Shown: positions 1 to 12,096, numbered from the stretch's first letter. The stretch: DNA of 64,000 nucleotides from Massalongia carnosa (GCA_965645245.1 OZ287070.1:2790001-2854000), one strand, 5' to 3'. A program made the numbers and translations. Notes: generated by a model not told the origin, from the sequence alone.

Positions 1-136
1 CTTGGACCCTGTCTTTTTGGTATAATATTACTTAAGCATGTCAAATTTATCTTTCTCATAGATCAATACCTGAAATTACTAGACATTTCTACCTAATTTG
101 AGGTACCTTCCTATTATCTCTATACATACATTGATC

Positions 137-2643
137 ATGTCTCGACAATCTGGACATTCTGGCGGTCGACCGAAAAATGCATTGGTAGATGAGAATTTCG
201 TTGATGTCATCATTGAAGGAATGAAATACCCTCAGCATCGTTGTACGCATTGCGGATATCAGTCTGCCAAAGTTGCTACCAGGGGTCAGCAGCATTTGCA
301 GACATGCAATGCCTTTCAAGAAGTGCAAGAAAGAAGACAGCAAGAGACGTCTTCTAGGAGCAGCCAATCTTTGATTCAATTGCCCACCACCCCTTTGATT
401 CGTCCCTTAAATCAAGCCCAAGTTGCGCATGCTCATCGCGCTGCTGCAATGTCCGTCTTTATGACCAATCTTCCGTTTAACCACTTCGAAAATCCCTATG
501 TGATTGCTCATCATCAAGCACTGCATCCTGGATATAAACCTCCACATCATAAGCTCGTTGGCGGGAAATTATTGGACGACGCCTATGAGCCGGTTAAACT
601 GAAAGTAAATCAGCAGTTAGATGCCTGCAGTTATCTCAACTTCTTTACCGACGAAACGGCCAACATTAAGAAGGAACGAGTTATTAATCTCTGTTGTCAT
701 GTCCCTTCATCAGCTACCTCTCGAGGGGGGGGCTTTCATTTAAAAGCAATGGCCGGCATCGCTGAGACGATGACTGCAGCTGTTCAAGCTGAGTGGATGA
801 TAAAAGGCTGTAGAGAAGCGACCAATAATCAGCTCTGGAGAGTCAATTGTATAGGAACAGATACTTGCTCTACTATGAAGGCCATGTGGTCTGAAATTCG
901 AAAGTTTCCTGAGATGAGACACGTCTTTTTCGTTCCTTGCGACAGTCACGGTTTACAGCTTCTTTTGGGAGACATTTTGAAGCTTCCTTTTTTTGCAGCA
1001 TTGATCAGGGCAGAAGTCATCCTTTAGGAACATTCGTCAACGACTTCTCGTTTTGGAAAAAGCTGGCCATCGTACAGAAAATTCTTAATCCCATACATAA
1101 AGCACAATACATGTCCGAGGCAGAGGGGCATAAACTGTACGCGGTGACTGCCAATTGGAACAGGCTTCGATCTCACCTATATACAATGGCCAAAGAGGAT
1201 GAAGATTCTGAGATGGATTTGCATCACATTGCAGAGATAGTTTGGGAAGATCGATATCTCAGTCAAATAACTGAACTTCATGTGGTAGCAGCTCTGTTGG
1301 TTCCTCAGAATCATAACATTCAGGTGATTGGAGTATCCACGTCGCAGGCATTTTTCTCTATCATGCATAGATTCTTTGCTGAATATCTGAACGTTGAAGA
1401 AGCAAAGTCGGCAATGAAGCAATGGCTTTCTTTTCGAAATCAAGAAGACGGTTTTTATCCTGCCTCCGAATGCTGGACATATCAAACGGATTCGGAGCTG
1501 TTTTGGAACTTTTCCAGAAGCTTTGCTTTTGATCTCAGCAACATAGCTAGAAAGGTAATAATGCTGCCTGCTAATTCGGTGCTGGCAGAAAGAAATTGGT
1601 CGGTCATGAATTTGATCATGACCAAAAGTCGGAACTCTCTACATTCCATCAATGTCGATAAACTCATGTTTATTTACATGAATGAGCGTACTCTTAATTA
1701 CGCCGCGGAATGGGTTGGGTTGGGTTGGGTTCTCACGTAAAGAACCCAACCCAATGATAGGTTGGGTTCGGGTTGGGTTATTGTTGGGTTGGGTTGGGTT
1801 CGGGTTGGGTTTTCATTGGGTTACCCAAATCACATGCTTAGTAATGGTAATCAATAACCTTGACTTATCAACGTGGCGATCGGCGTTAGTATCTTATGTA
1901 TTCTCAACTATACCATCTACTTACCACCAGGCATACTCTTCCTGGTAGTTGTTTTTCTTATCGCACCAGTTCTGGCACCTGGTCCGGGTATTCTGTCCAT
2001 ATCTAAAAGCAAACAGGCAAGCAGACAGGTTATCAGTGGTCGCGCGTGGCAACTAGGTTAGGTTGGGTATGGTTAGGTTCAGTATGATTAGGTTGGGTTG
2101 GCTAGTTTAGGTGGAATATGTATGCATGCGTTATATTCGATAGAAGATAGCATATGAATTTGTGATAGTCTTTATGGTAGTTCGACCTCAACGAAATAAA
2201 TGTTTTATCTATAATCTACATTTTACTTTGTGATAGTCATTAAAATAAATCTACAATGATTGAAAATCCGGAAGGGGTGTGTCTAGGTAGCCGGAGAGGG
2301 TGTGTCTAGGTAGCGGATGGGGTGTCCATATGTATATCAGTACCCTTTTCTGTTGGGTAACCCAACGATAACCCAACCCAACCCAAAACCCATTGGGTTG
2401 GGTTCTCATTTTAATAACCCAACCCAACCCAACCCATTCCGCGGCGTACTCTTAATCGGCCAACAGATTTCAAAAGCAAGCTTCAGTTTGCTGGCATCGA
2501 CATCAATGAGACGGATCTTTGTGAGATGGAGGATAGACTACTGCAAGAAGAGATCTCTTTATCTGATACGTCCATGTCATCATCGAAAAGACCGGCGAGT
2601 CAAACGATATTTGGTGATGCGACGAGAGCTTGGATAAACACCT
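137..2643 (+). pseudogene. hAT-superfamily transposase (BED zinc finger, RNase-H core, C-terminal dimerisation domain); internally deleted/frameshifted near 1000 and interrupted by a MITE
   Basis: ORFs 98..1027 and 937..1740: BED-like CTHC...HLQTC, FFTDET, VPCDSHGLQLL (CxxH), LPANSVLAERNWSVMNLIMTKSRNSL...LMFIYMN. Removing 1699-2456 restores ...NERTLN-RPTDFKSKLQFAG...WINT* ending at 2643. Confidence 0.88.
1699..2448. mobile_element. Non-autonomous hAT-type MITE (750 bp) with (GGGTT)n subterminal repeats
   Basis: TIR TACGCCGCGGAATGGGTTGGGTTGGGTTGGG / CCCAACCCAACCCAACCCATTCCGCGGCGTA; 8-bp TSD CTCTTAAT at 1691-1698 and 2449-2456; no transposase inside. Confidence 0.92.
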
Positions 2644-3059
2644 AGCTAGTAGAGTAGGAGATACATAAAATTGTACGCAAATTGCTAACAAAATAAAGTA
2701 TCTTTTCCCCACTTTCTATCTTCCCGCTTCTTCCGCCCCCCCCCCTCCCCCCTTGTAGCTAATCCCTGTGTCTGTCAGTTGGGCCAACTGACACGTATTA
2801 AACACTTCCCGTGCAAGAGTCAGACCTGGCGATTATCAGACACCAGGCCTAGGGATATGTGACAATGTGAAGACACTAATGATTTGCTATACTAATATAC
2901 TAAAAGAAGTATGTAGGTAAAGCGGAAGACTAATCGTTGAAGATTGCATCTCCCTCGAGCAGCCTCCTTATATACCCGGACCGAAGCCCTTGACCCTCTG
3001 GGCCCTTGATACTGTAACTATCTTGACCGCCCATTACTCCTACCGGATAAGCCGGCTAA

Positions 3060-3150
3060 ACACTCTGCTGACTGCATCGTGGACACTGTGCTGACTGTAT
3101 CGTAGACACTGTGCTGACTGTATCGTGGACACTGTGCTGACTGTATCGTA
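3060..3150. repeat. 23-bp tandem repeat (GACACTGTGCTGACTGTATCGTR) x~4 inside the Gypsy LTR
   Basis: Head-to-tail copies with no spacers. Confidence 0.85.
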
Positions 3151-3804
3151 CCATCCGCTCACTAGTCGTACGAGCATCCTCGTATATCTCGATCGCTCGT
3201 ACTATACTCTCGGCAGTAGATACCAACCGCGTAACGCAGACCAACTGCTTTCCATATGACTAAGCCTAGCCGTAGAACTAAGCCCCGCTTAGTTAGCTTA
3301 GCCCTTATTCCTTCTATGCCCTGACAATTGCCTCCTCTCCTAATAGTGCTGGTCCTCCAGCACGTACAGTACTCGAACGCGGAAGGGAGTGTGTAGGGAC
3401 GTGATAGAAGATGTCGCGTAGATAGCAAGTTTGTTGTGTAGAAAGCGCGAATACCTGGCGCTTGACGTAGGTAGATGTAAATATCACTAGCTTCTCGGTA
3501 ATGCTGGGTCGCCGATGCCGCTCCGAGCGCTAGAAGTAGCGGAGAAGGGGACGATGGCGATTATCAGCAGAGATCCGAGCTCGGTAACGCTAGCGTTGGT
3601 GGTTTGTTGATTTAGGTGAAGACGGTGAGGAGTACGAGATTGTTGTCTCCGAAAGCTCCTCCAGCGAGAGTCTCAAGGAAGAAAAGGGTGATGAGGAGTC
3701 GGACGAGGAAGTAGAAGATACTGATGGTGATGATGAGGTGCCGGACGAGAAAGCAGAAGGTTCCGATGGTGATGAGATGGCGAATAAGAAGGGTTTCGCT
3801 GGAT

Positions 3805-5591
3805 TCAGCGAGTAACCTGTAGTTTCTTGATTCGCCTGCGCTTTGCTTTCGGCTTTGCATCGAAATCCTGCTTCAGTTCTAAGGCTCCATCCAGATCTTT
3901 CTCTGGTACCCACTCATCATATTCTTCAGGGTATCCTACCCATTTTACCTTATAGAATATTTCCCCTTTCTCAGACCTTCTACCTATAATTTCTTCCACT
4001 TCCCATTCCTGTTCATCGTTAATAATTTCAGGTGGGGGTAGAAACGGTATATGCTCTTGACCATCTCTTCGCTTGTAAGGTTCTAGGTAAGAGACATGAA
4101 AGACCGGGTGAATTCTATAAGTCGTAGGAAGAGCAAGACGATACGCCTGCTTGCCGACTGCTTCTAGAATGCGAAAAGGACCTAAAAACTTATGTGAAAG
4201 TTTCTTACTAGGCCTTTTTTGTTTTAGATTCTTGGCAGATAACATTACCAAGTCCCCTTCATTGAAATCTTTCTCAAGATGTTTCCTGTTGTAGTACTTG
4301 GCCTGCGCTTCGGATACGCTTTTCCAGCGTGCCTCTAAAGAATATCTGAACTCGTGTAATTGCTTTACTCGTTCTTTCGCAGCGGGCACCCTCTCCACAG
4401 CGATGTCGTCCCCGACTTCGTAGCGAATCTCCGGGTTATAGCCGTACATACAATAAAAGGGGCTGCACCCAAGCGTACTTTGATAACTGACTTGGTAGAC
4501 AAATTGTGCTAGGGGCAATAGTGCCACCCAGTTGGATTGATTGTCAGTGCAGTAAACTCTCAAATAGTGTTCAAGGGTCTGGTTTTGTCGTTCGGTTTGG
4601 CCATCAGTTTGAGGGTGAAAGGCCGTGTTAAGCCGGCGTTTCGTCTTTAAATGAAAACAAATTTCTGACCAGTACTCACTGGTAATGACCGACCCTCTAT
4701 CCGATACTATGCCCTCAGGAGCGCCGAACTGTAATACTACCGATTCAAACAGAATTTCTGCCAGGTCCACTGCATTGATTTTTTTCGTAACCGGGATGTA
4801 TAGCGCCATTTTGGTATATCTATCCACAATTACTAGGCACGAGTCATAAACCCGGCCGAAACGCTTGCTAGGTGGAAACCCAGTTATGAAATCCATAGTG
4901 ATTTCTTTCCAAGGACCGGAAGGACGTGGAAGCGATTGCATAACCCCGTAAGGTCGGTGCCTAGGCGCCTTCGTCCTTTGACAAATGTCGCAGGATTCCG
5001 TGTACTTCTTCACAGTCTTGTTAAGTCCTTTCCAATAGTATTTGCGGGTAAGCAACTCAGCTGTTTTCTCCGCACCAAAATGACCCGCGAGCTCGTCGTC
5101 ATGATGACGCCGCAACAGCTCCGCACGAATAGATTCTTCATCGGGACGTAAATTCTGCCACGATGATTGAGAAGATCATTGCTATCTATAGTCCAAATTG
5201 CTTCGGGGGAGCGACCACCCTTGCGCTTAAAAGACTTAGCAACGGTCTCTCGCCTGCTAGACACGAATGCGTCTTTCCCCTGTAGCGCCTTGATGAGTTC
5301 AAGCACTGACTTGGAAGCACTTTCCAAAGGCTTTTCTTCATCTGATAAGGCAACAGCTACAGCCCGGGGAATACATTGCGTCAAGCCGACTTCAAAAGTA
5401 TCACTCTCTTCGTCAAGAGAAGTAATTGATTTAGAGGTTTCACCCTCTAAATTCTCCAGGGGTTCAATCCCGGACGAAGCTATCTTTGAGCGAAGATCAT
5501 ACCTAACTGCGGCAAGCACCGTACGAATTCCCGGCGTATAACCTACGCATAAGGAATCTATTTTGCTCAGCTTCTTTTGAAGAGTAGGCAA
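3805..5591 (-). pseudogene. pol: Gypsy Pol C-terminal part: integrase (HHCC, DDE, GPF) plus chromodomain; frameshift near 5140
   Basis: HHDDELAGHFG...CDICQRTK, ITMDFITG, IVSDRG, HPQTDGQTERQN, GPFRIL, WEVEEIIGRR...YKVKWVGYPEEYDEWVPEKDL. Confidence 0.93.
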
Positions 5592-5592
5592 C

Positions 5593-6620
5593 TGTCAGCC
5601 AGTTTAGTGGTCAAGCAGTAAGCGATATGTAGCTCGGATACGGTAATCTATTAACCGAATCCCAACATTCTAGTAACTGAGAGAATGGGTGCAAAATCCT
5701 TTCAATGCAAGCAATCATCACCTCAATTCCAAGTGTCAATTTCAAGTGTCTATCTAAAACGTAAATCATTCTCCAATCACCAAGAGCTTAGATCAATAAA
5801 TCAAGCTCAATAGTTATGAGCCCGGTTGGTCAGCAGTGTTCCGTACACGTTCCGCTACCCTCATTTGATAGATAGAAAGAAGCCTTCCTTCACGATAGCT
5901 TGGCGGAAGCTATTGTGTCGTAAGCCATGTCATCCTTCTTATTCATCACATCAGCCAGATACAACCACGAAGCAGATACGGGTCGAATAAGCAGACACAA
6001 GCCAGAGCCGACACGGGCCAGAGCAGAAACGAGCTGACATCGAGGGACAACGAGCGGGGACGTCAAGCGGAAACGAGTCGGACACGAAGCAGAAACGAGC
6101 CATAGAGCAGAAACGAGCGGGACACGAGACAGAAACGAGCGAGATGTCGGGCAGAAACGAGACGATTACGATAAAGAAGAAGATGACACCACATCGAGCC
6201 TACGAAGGAGACGATCAATCAAAAAGCCCTTCGTGCAGGCCAGCATTTATGGCTTAGCATCCACAAAGTAGCTACACTTCGGCCCCATCGAGGGGTTCTC
6301 ACTAGCTCAGCCTGCGAAGGAGATTCAATCAAACAATCTTCAGCAAAAAGCCCTTCGTACAGGCCAACAGCAAAAAGCCCTATCTGCTACGTCCGCGGTA
6401 GGCAAATGTCCATAGTACTCTTCCCATCCACCCACGAGGTCTACGAATGAGTGCTGGTTGTGGGTTTAATGAGGCTACAAAGCAGGACAACATCGTCAAG
6501 GAAGAAACTACACAGTCAAGGGATGCTCAATGTCAAGGTGACAGCGAGGCCGACAGCAAGGTCCTTCGCTCGAAGGGGTGTGTCAAAGTGGCCATTACTA
6601 AGCGAGCTCGGCCCTCAGCC
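5593..6620 (+). mobile_element. Non-coding Copia-type (TRIM/LARD-like) element, 5' LTR plus internal domain; 3' LTR not found
   Basis: TGTCAG start; LTR ~5593-5810 followed by PBS TAGTTATGAGCCCGG (5811-5825); no gag/pol; internal blocks homologous to the TRIM at 48595-49485. Confidence 0.7.
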
Positions 6621-6699
6621 TTGTCACTCTGTATATAGTCATCTCCCTTTTCTGTAGTAGCAAGCAAGGTCTTCGCCCATCATCATCTATCTGACAGAA

Positions 6700-6790
6700 T
6701 GCTATAAAAGCAGGTAGATAGCCCACATAGATAATTACCTTCAATGACAATCATGCTACTATACCTACAAAGTGAATTTATATTTCATAT
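6700..6790 (+). repeat. Fragment of the LTR family also seen as the solo LTR at 52804-53108 (opposite orientation)
   Basis: ATAGCCCACATAGATAATTACCTTCAATGACAA...CTACAAAGTGAATTTATATTTCATAT is the reverse complement of ~52810-52885. Confidence 0.75.
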
Positions 6791-6796
6791 TTTTTT

Positions 6797-7899
6797 TGTT
6801 GCGAATGCCAAGCCAGCTGGATCATATCTGATGTAATATGCTAATGCCTTCGCGTATTTTACTGATATGGGAATAGCTATATCTGAGAATTTCTGGTATC
6901 TTCGATGCTTAGAAATTCAGGTCTACAGACATTCGAGGAGAATCTCGAATGTTCTGTGATGAATATGTACATAGTTTTGAACCTAGTGAGGTTCGTGAAT
7001 AGAGGTGAACTCTTGATAATATGAATGTCTAGAAGGAAAGCTCTGATTGATTGATTGATTGATTGATTTATTCTTATTCCGATATGACACCGGCCGAAGG
7101 CCGGCCCATGCGGGCTGTCTATGTTTATCATACAAGGAAAACCCTTCTTGGGAATAAAAACCCCGTAGACTACGCACTACCTCCGGAGCCTCGCTGGCAA
7201 CAGGCTGCTCTCTGTGATCGTTTTTCTTTAGAATCCTTGACGAAAATGAGAAGTTATATCTCGTATAACATTTGCGATGCTAGTGAGAACTGTGTTAACA
7301 AGTTTGCTTTTATTATCCATGCAGTTAGCTTTTTCAGCATTTTCGACGAACGCGTAATCGTCCGGTAGTCGTGGGTGCCCAATTGTCTGAGCAGCTCATA
7401 TCTGCCTTCGATTAGTCTGCAGTGTAATATGATGTGTTTGGCAGTCTGTTTCTGCCAGCCACACGAGCAAGCTGGAGTCATAGCTCCCGGAACCCGACGA
7501 TTGAACAGGAAGTTTGCCAAACCTATTTTCTCAGTGCGGATTTGCGTGGTTAGCGCGCTTTCCGCCTTCATCAAGTTGTCATGAATCTTCAATCTAGTTC
7601 TGTTGAGTGGTCCGAGCTGTGCCGAAGGAAAGCTCTATCTCAGTAACTAATATTACATTATGTGCGGCGAGCTAGCCCAAACTAGGCCTAATAAGGCCAT
7701 GCTATCCCTTAGGCCCCTGAGCCACCACCTAAGATCATCACATAGGTTCACACATAGTATATAGCATCACTCCTACGCATAGCCTAGAGATTAGTCGCAA
7801 TTATCTGAATTATTTCATTCATAGAAGTTCTGCACTATCCAGCGACTTCTGGCACTCTGCCACCTATTTTCTGTGAATTGGGTCCATCATTCTCCATCC
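6797..7899 (+). mobile_element. Solo LTR of the Copia-1 family (cf. 36241-36571), interrupted at ~6960-7750 by a small LTR-like insert that itself carries the LINE
   Basis: 6797-6960 and ~7755-7899 align with the 36241-36560 LTR, differing mostly by transitions. Confidence 0.85.
7045..7623 (-). mobile_element. 5'-truncated Tad1/I-group LINE (ORF2 C-terminus with CCHC knuckle, 3' UTR stem-loop, (AATC)n tail)
   Basis: ORF 7254..7592 TQIRTEKIGLANFLF...CSCGWQKQTAKHIILHC; (GATT)n at 7045-7068 on plus; hairpin CCGGCC-GAA-GGCCGG ~7090-7105; 13-bp TSD GAAGGAAAGCTCT at 7032-7044 and 7624-7636. Confidence 0.92.
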
Positions 7900-8230
7900 T
7901 GTTAAATGGTAAGGCTACCATCGGTTAAATGGTCAGACTACCACTAGTATAGGCATCCATCGTGAGCCTCGGGAGGTGCCTTGCAAAGTGCCTAAAAAAA
8001 AGCAGATATGGGAGTCAAGGTCTGATCGTCAGGGTGCCTAACAAGCAGCTAGTATTGCAAATTCTCTCCGCGGTCATGATATCTTGTTGGTCGAAGACTG
8101 ACCGAATTTTATAGTGAGCTCTTCTGCCCGTAATTTACGCCGACTGTGCTTCAACTTATTAGGCCTCCATCAATGATTATCTGGCTAATCTAGACCATCT
8201 TTACGTGACATTACCCGGTCCCTGCTGTCA
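7900..8230 (+). repeat. LTR-like remnant, partly related to the 52804-53108 solo LTR
   Basis: Starts TGTTAA; GGCATCCATCGTGAGCCTCGG...GTGCCTTGCAAAGTGCCTAAA...CAAGGTCTGA matches the reverse complement of ~52993-53066; right boundary uncertain. Confidence 0.55.
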
Positions 8231-9424
8231 ATGAACGCTGGCTTCCTTGCTATTGACGCACACTGAAGAGTGACAGCCTTAATGAATCAGGTCTATTTGA
8301 GCTTAACATAATCTCCCGGTTGTCACATTTTCCCGCCTGCATAGTTTTGAAATCGTCGAGTGTGAAACACGGCACCGGCGCTGGATTCTTATAAGTGGAA
8401 GCGCCACAGAAGTAGCTTGCTTCTTTCAAAGCGTATAAACCTACAGAATTAACTTTAAGAGTGTGTAGAAGTCTTACACGTAGGCATTGTTTCATTGATT
8501 ATAAAGTCTAAGGAAACCTAGATATTTCCATCGCGAGCATTATAAGTTAACAAGTCGAACATCATTGGCTCACAATGAACTTGTACATGAGTGGGGCAGT
8601 AATATCTCATTTTGCATTGTGGATTCGATCGATAAACTGACTCCAAGCCTGATTATCAAATGTACGAGACGTGGCTCAACATGAGCCAAAGGGGGCATGA
8701 AGAGCCGCTCAGGTGTTGGCTTTTGCGGTCGGCCACAGCGCGTTCCAGTACCATCTTTGTTGCCCAAGGACGCCAGGGCCCAAGGACGCCAGGAGACATT
8801 TCAGCGAGGTTTAATTATCGTGATCTACATTAGATCTCTTAAAGGGTGCTAATTTTAACACGAACAGTGCTCAGGCATGGTGGGACAACACAATGATATC
8901 TACTCTCGAAGACAAAATGCCTGACCGAGATTCGAACATCAGGAACAACTTTAGCGAAATCTAGAGTGGCGGGAATGAACGACTCATCAAACCCTCATGC
9001 AATGATAGTTGAGCCTGCGCTTATCCGGATTAGACAATCGACGAAGTAAGAGGATTTTAGACGAAGTCAACAGGTGATTAGCAAATGGAGGAGCAAAAAG
9101 AGAAGCGGTTAAGTTCGGAAATTTTTATCCAATGGATTAGTTACTGATGATTTAAGAGTTAATCTGGAGGGGATATGATGATGTGGGTATAGTGAGATGG
9201 TGCCATGGAGGTGTCAATAAAATTTACGGTGCCATGGAGGTGAGCCGAGAAGTTGTCTGATGAATGAGGTTGGATGGTCTTAAATAGGTGCAGGAGATGT
9301 GATGGTTCATACTACGAAGGATGTAGCGTCGCTACGTAAATCATCTAATCAGAAACGAGGAAAATTTCATTGTTATATCCCATTTGCATGTCACGATAGA
9401 CTTGACTCGTGCAAAACCCGCCCT

Positions 9425-12096
9425 TCATCGCACCGCCAAAATACTTCTCCCTCCATCTTCCGTCAACCTTTTCCTTACCCGAATTTTCACCCAGCCCACG
9501 CCTAATTTCTCCGGCAGGATTTCCGTTCTTGGCGTTGCCTCCGCATCCCACTCGTTCGCTCCCCCACTCGTGGCCGTTGATTTTATATTCAGCATCGCGG
9601 CCGGACTGAACAGCAGCGCCTCGCCCGTTTCGAGCTTCACGATCTCGGCGAATATTCTCGCCACATCTCGTTTGGCGTTTGGCTGGGCGGAGTCGGTCTC
9701 CGCCAGCGTGTTCACGCCGGCAAGATGATCGCGAAGCGTCCGAAACCATTCGGGAGAGGTGAAGCGGTGCACAATGGTCATGGTCGAGAGGTCAAGAAGT
9801 TTCGGAGAGATGGTGGGTTCTTGCGTCGCGATAACGACGCGGGTGGCTAAATGCCTCTGTTGACGGATTACTTGCAGTAATTTTTCCGTGAATATCGCCG
9901 CAGACGCACTGGATGTCATAAACTAATATGCGAATCCGCCGTTAGCAAACGCCCCGGCGTGAGAACAAGGACGGGTAGGAGGTTACTTTGTGTGCTTCAT
10001 CTAATGCCACAATTCGACTAACACTGCCCCTGCTTTCCAAAAACAACTCTAGGCATATAGAAAAAAGGGAACATGCAGCGCTGTCGCCAACAAAGGGACA
10101 ACTCAAATCGACTATCGTAAGTGCGCCGGGCTCAAAATCCCAAGCGCTGGCTAGGCTCTCTACTTCCGCTTTCTCCCGAGCTGATCGCTCAAGCCATAAC
10201 TTCTGGGCACACTTTCCAGCCTTCGTCTGTGTAAACTCGGGCGGTTTCTCAATTTGCCGAGCTTTGTGTGATCGGTCCATGAAACTTTCCAATAGCTCGA
10301 GGCGGAGCTTAAGGGGAGCATTCTGTTGACCGGTGAATGCTTCGGCATCAACCTTCTTTCGAAAAAAGTCGTAATCAAGACCAGGAGCGCCACGGCTTTC
10401 GACAGCCATTTCACGAAGAATACGAAGAATCACCTGCAATGGTAAGAATCAACACATGAAAGCCGAGTTAACGAGCGGTATACTTCCATGTATAATGGCA
10501 CGGGTCCTTCTTTATCATTAACAGCCATCATGCTCATCATCTTGGGAGCATCGAGCTGTTTGTCCTTAAACCTCATGGCAATAACCTTAGGCTTTCGGCT
10601 GTTTGAATGCAAATGTGGAAGATTTTCATATACTTGCTTCATTCTCCAATAGTTTGTTGGAGATACCAATACGTTTACAGGCACTCCAGAGGAACAGAGA
10701 TAGGCTGCCTCGCATGGTTGATTACCTCCATACGAGGTGAAAGCGTCATAATGAAATACTAGAGCAGTAAGTGGACTCGGAAGCTGACCGAGCTTCGATG
10801 GAATCAAGCAGTTCTCAAGAATGCATGACAGTGTATGACTCTTACCGGATCCCTGGGAGCCACAGATAAATGTAGACCAAGGTGTGTTTACATTAAGAAA
10901 AATTCGAGAATCACCTTTTGGTATTGAAAACCGTCTCTCAGCTTGGCTTGAAGGATCGCTGCGCGCAGCACTCATCACGTGTTGCGCAAGTAATCCATAC
11001 TGTTGGATCGTACATGATTTCGAACTATCCAGGACAGCTCCTGAGAACAGCGGCACTGTTCTCAGCTCCTCTTGGTATATAGTGAACTCCGAGCGGCCAT
11101 CACCGGACTTCCCCCCAGAGCCTGATAAGAATGCTAATTGATATTCAAGGGCCGATAAATCGTCGTCAACGGATGAATCTTGGATGCTTTGACAGGATTT
11201 TGGGTTAGCTGGTTTTTTGTGGGCAGTGTTAGAGTCATTCAAGGAGGCTGATAACTTGTCGTCAACGGATGACCCTCCAATGCTTTGAAAGAGTTTTTGT
11301 TCAGTTGGCTTTGCTAGGGCAACTAGTGGGTCATTCATGGCCGATGCTAACTTCCGGCTGAAGGACGACTCTCCTGTAGTTAAAAAGGAGTCTGGTTCCT
11401 CTGTCTTGGTTTGCGCAGTACATTGATCGTCCAGTAGAGCTGATAACTCCTCACTGAAGGATGACTCTCCGGTAATTTGAGAAAAGTCGGGCTCGTCAGC
11501 CTTAGATTGCACGGTATTTCGGTCATCCAAGAGGGTTGATAACCTTCTCGAAAAGGATGGCCCTCCATTATTTTTAGGGGTTTCAGATTTTTCTGATTTC
11601 GTATGCTCGAATTCTGATTCATTTAAATCCAGTGGCACTTTCGGGATCACAACGGGTACATCATATTCTTCAGTGTCTATGAGCGGCTGCTCTTTCATAG
11701 CTTGCTTAGGTAGGTTAATTGAGGAAACGTTGCTAGCCTTCTCGATCACTTCATTCTGGACCGGGGTCGGTAAGGAGCTTTTCTCGTATACTCCACGCGT
11801 ACTGTAAAAGGACTTTTTGGCCTTTTTCATATCTGTAGCTAATTCTTTCGCTTCTGGCGGTTTCCCAGTCTTCTTGATAACCTACACGTCATTCAACATG
11901 ATAATTCAACCATCTTGGAATCATATACCAATTGCCCATCTACCAGCTTGTATAACTTAGGAAGAACTTGGGTGAGATAAATCATCCCCGTCTCATCTAA
12001 TGGGGGATCTGTAATCACGCCAAAATGCCATTTTAGAGCCGCGTTCCGGGCTTTTTCGTAATTTTTTTCAAGTGCACTTTTCTTATTCTTTATCAT
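9425..12096 (-). CDS. Spliced P-loop NTPase of HerA/FtsK/VirB4-like type (~835 aa, 4 exons) with a long repeat-containing N-terminal linker
   Basis: Walker A FICGSQGSGKSHT, Walker B IVALDEAHK, RQQRHLATRVVIATQEP, TIVHRF. Phase-0 GT-AG introns at 11882-11928, 10434-10483 and 9923-9986 (the last with GCTAAC branch site) join ORFs 11893..12096, 10430..11830, 9942..10439 and 9425..9919 with no stops; start codon tentative. Confidence 0.85.

Larger units (their letters stand above)
2773..5592 (-). mobile_element. Ty3/Gypsy chromovirus, 3' half only (integrase-chromodomain, PPT, 3' LTR ~2773-3326)
   Basis: TGTCAG...CTGACA ends; minus-strand PPT GGAGAGGAGGCAAT at 3327-3340; pol remnant 3805-5591; cut at 5592 where a Copia-type LTR starts. 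Confidence 0.82.

Noticed and set aside
1710..1825. Telomere or interstitial telomeric repeat
   Set aside because: Unit is GGGTT, not TTAGGG, and it is mirrored at the other end of a TSD-flanked MITE
6462..6491. Hammerhead ribozyme in the TRIM core (TTAATGAG resembles CUGAUGA)
   Set aside because: No correctly placed GAAA and cleavage triplet seen; kept only as an unknown structured RNA candidate
8250..9300. Short ORFs or a gene relic downstream of the ATPase (8250..8495, 8570..8767)
   Set aside because: No recognisable motif or consistent splice model; could be a decayed gene but unsupported
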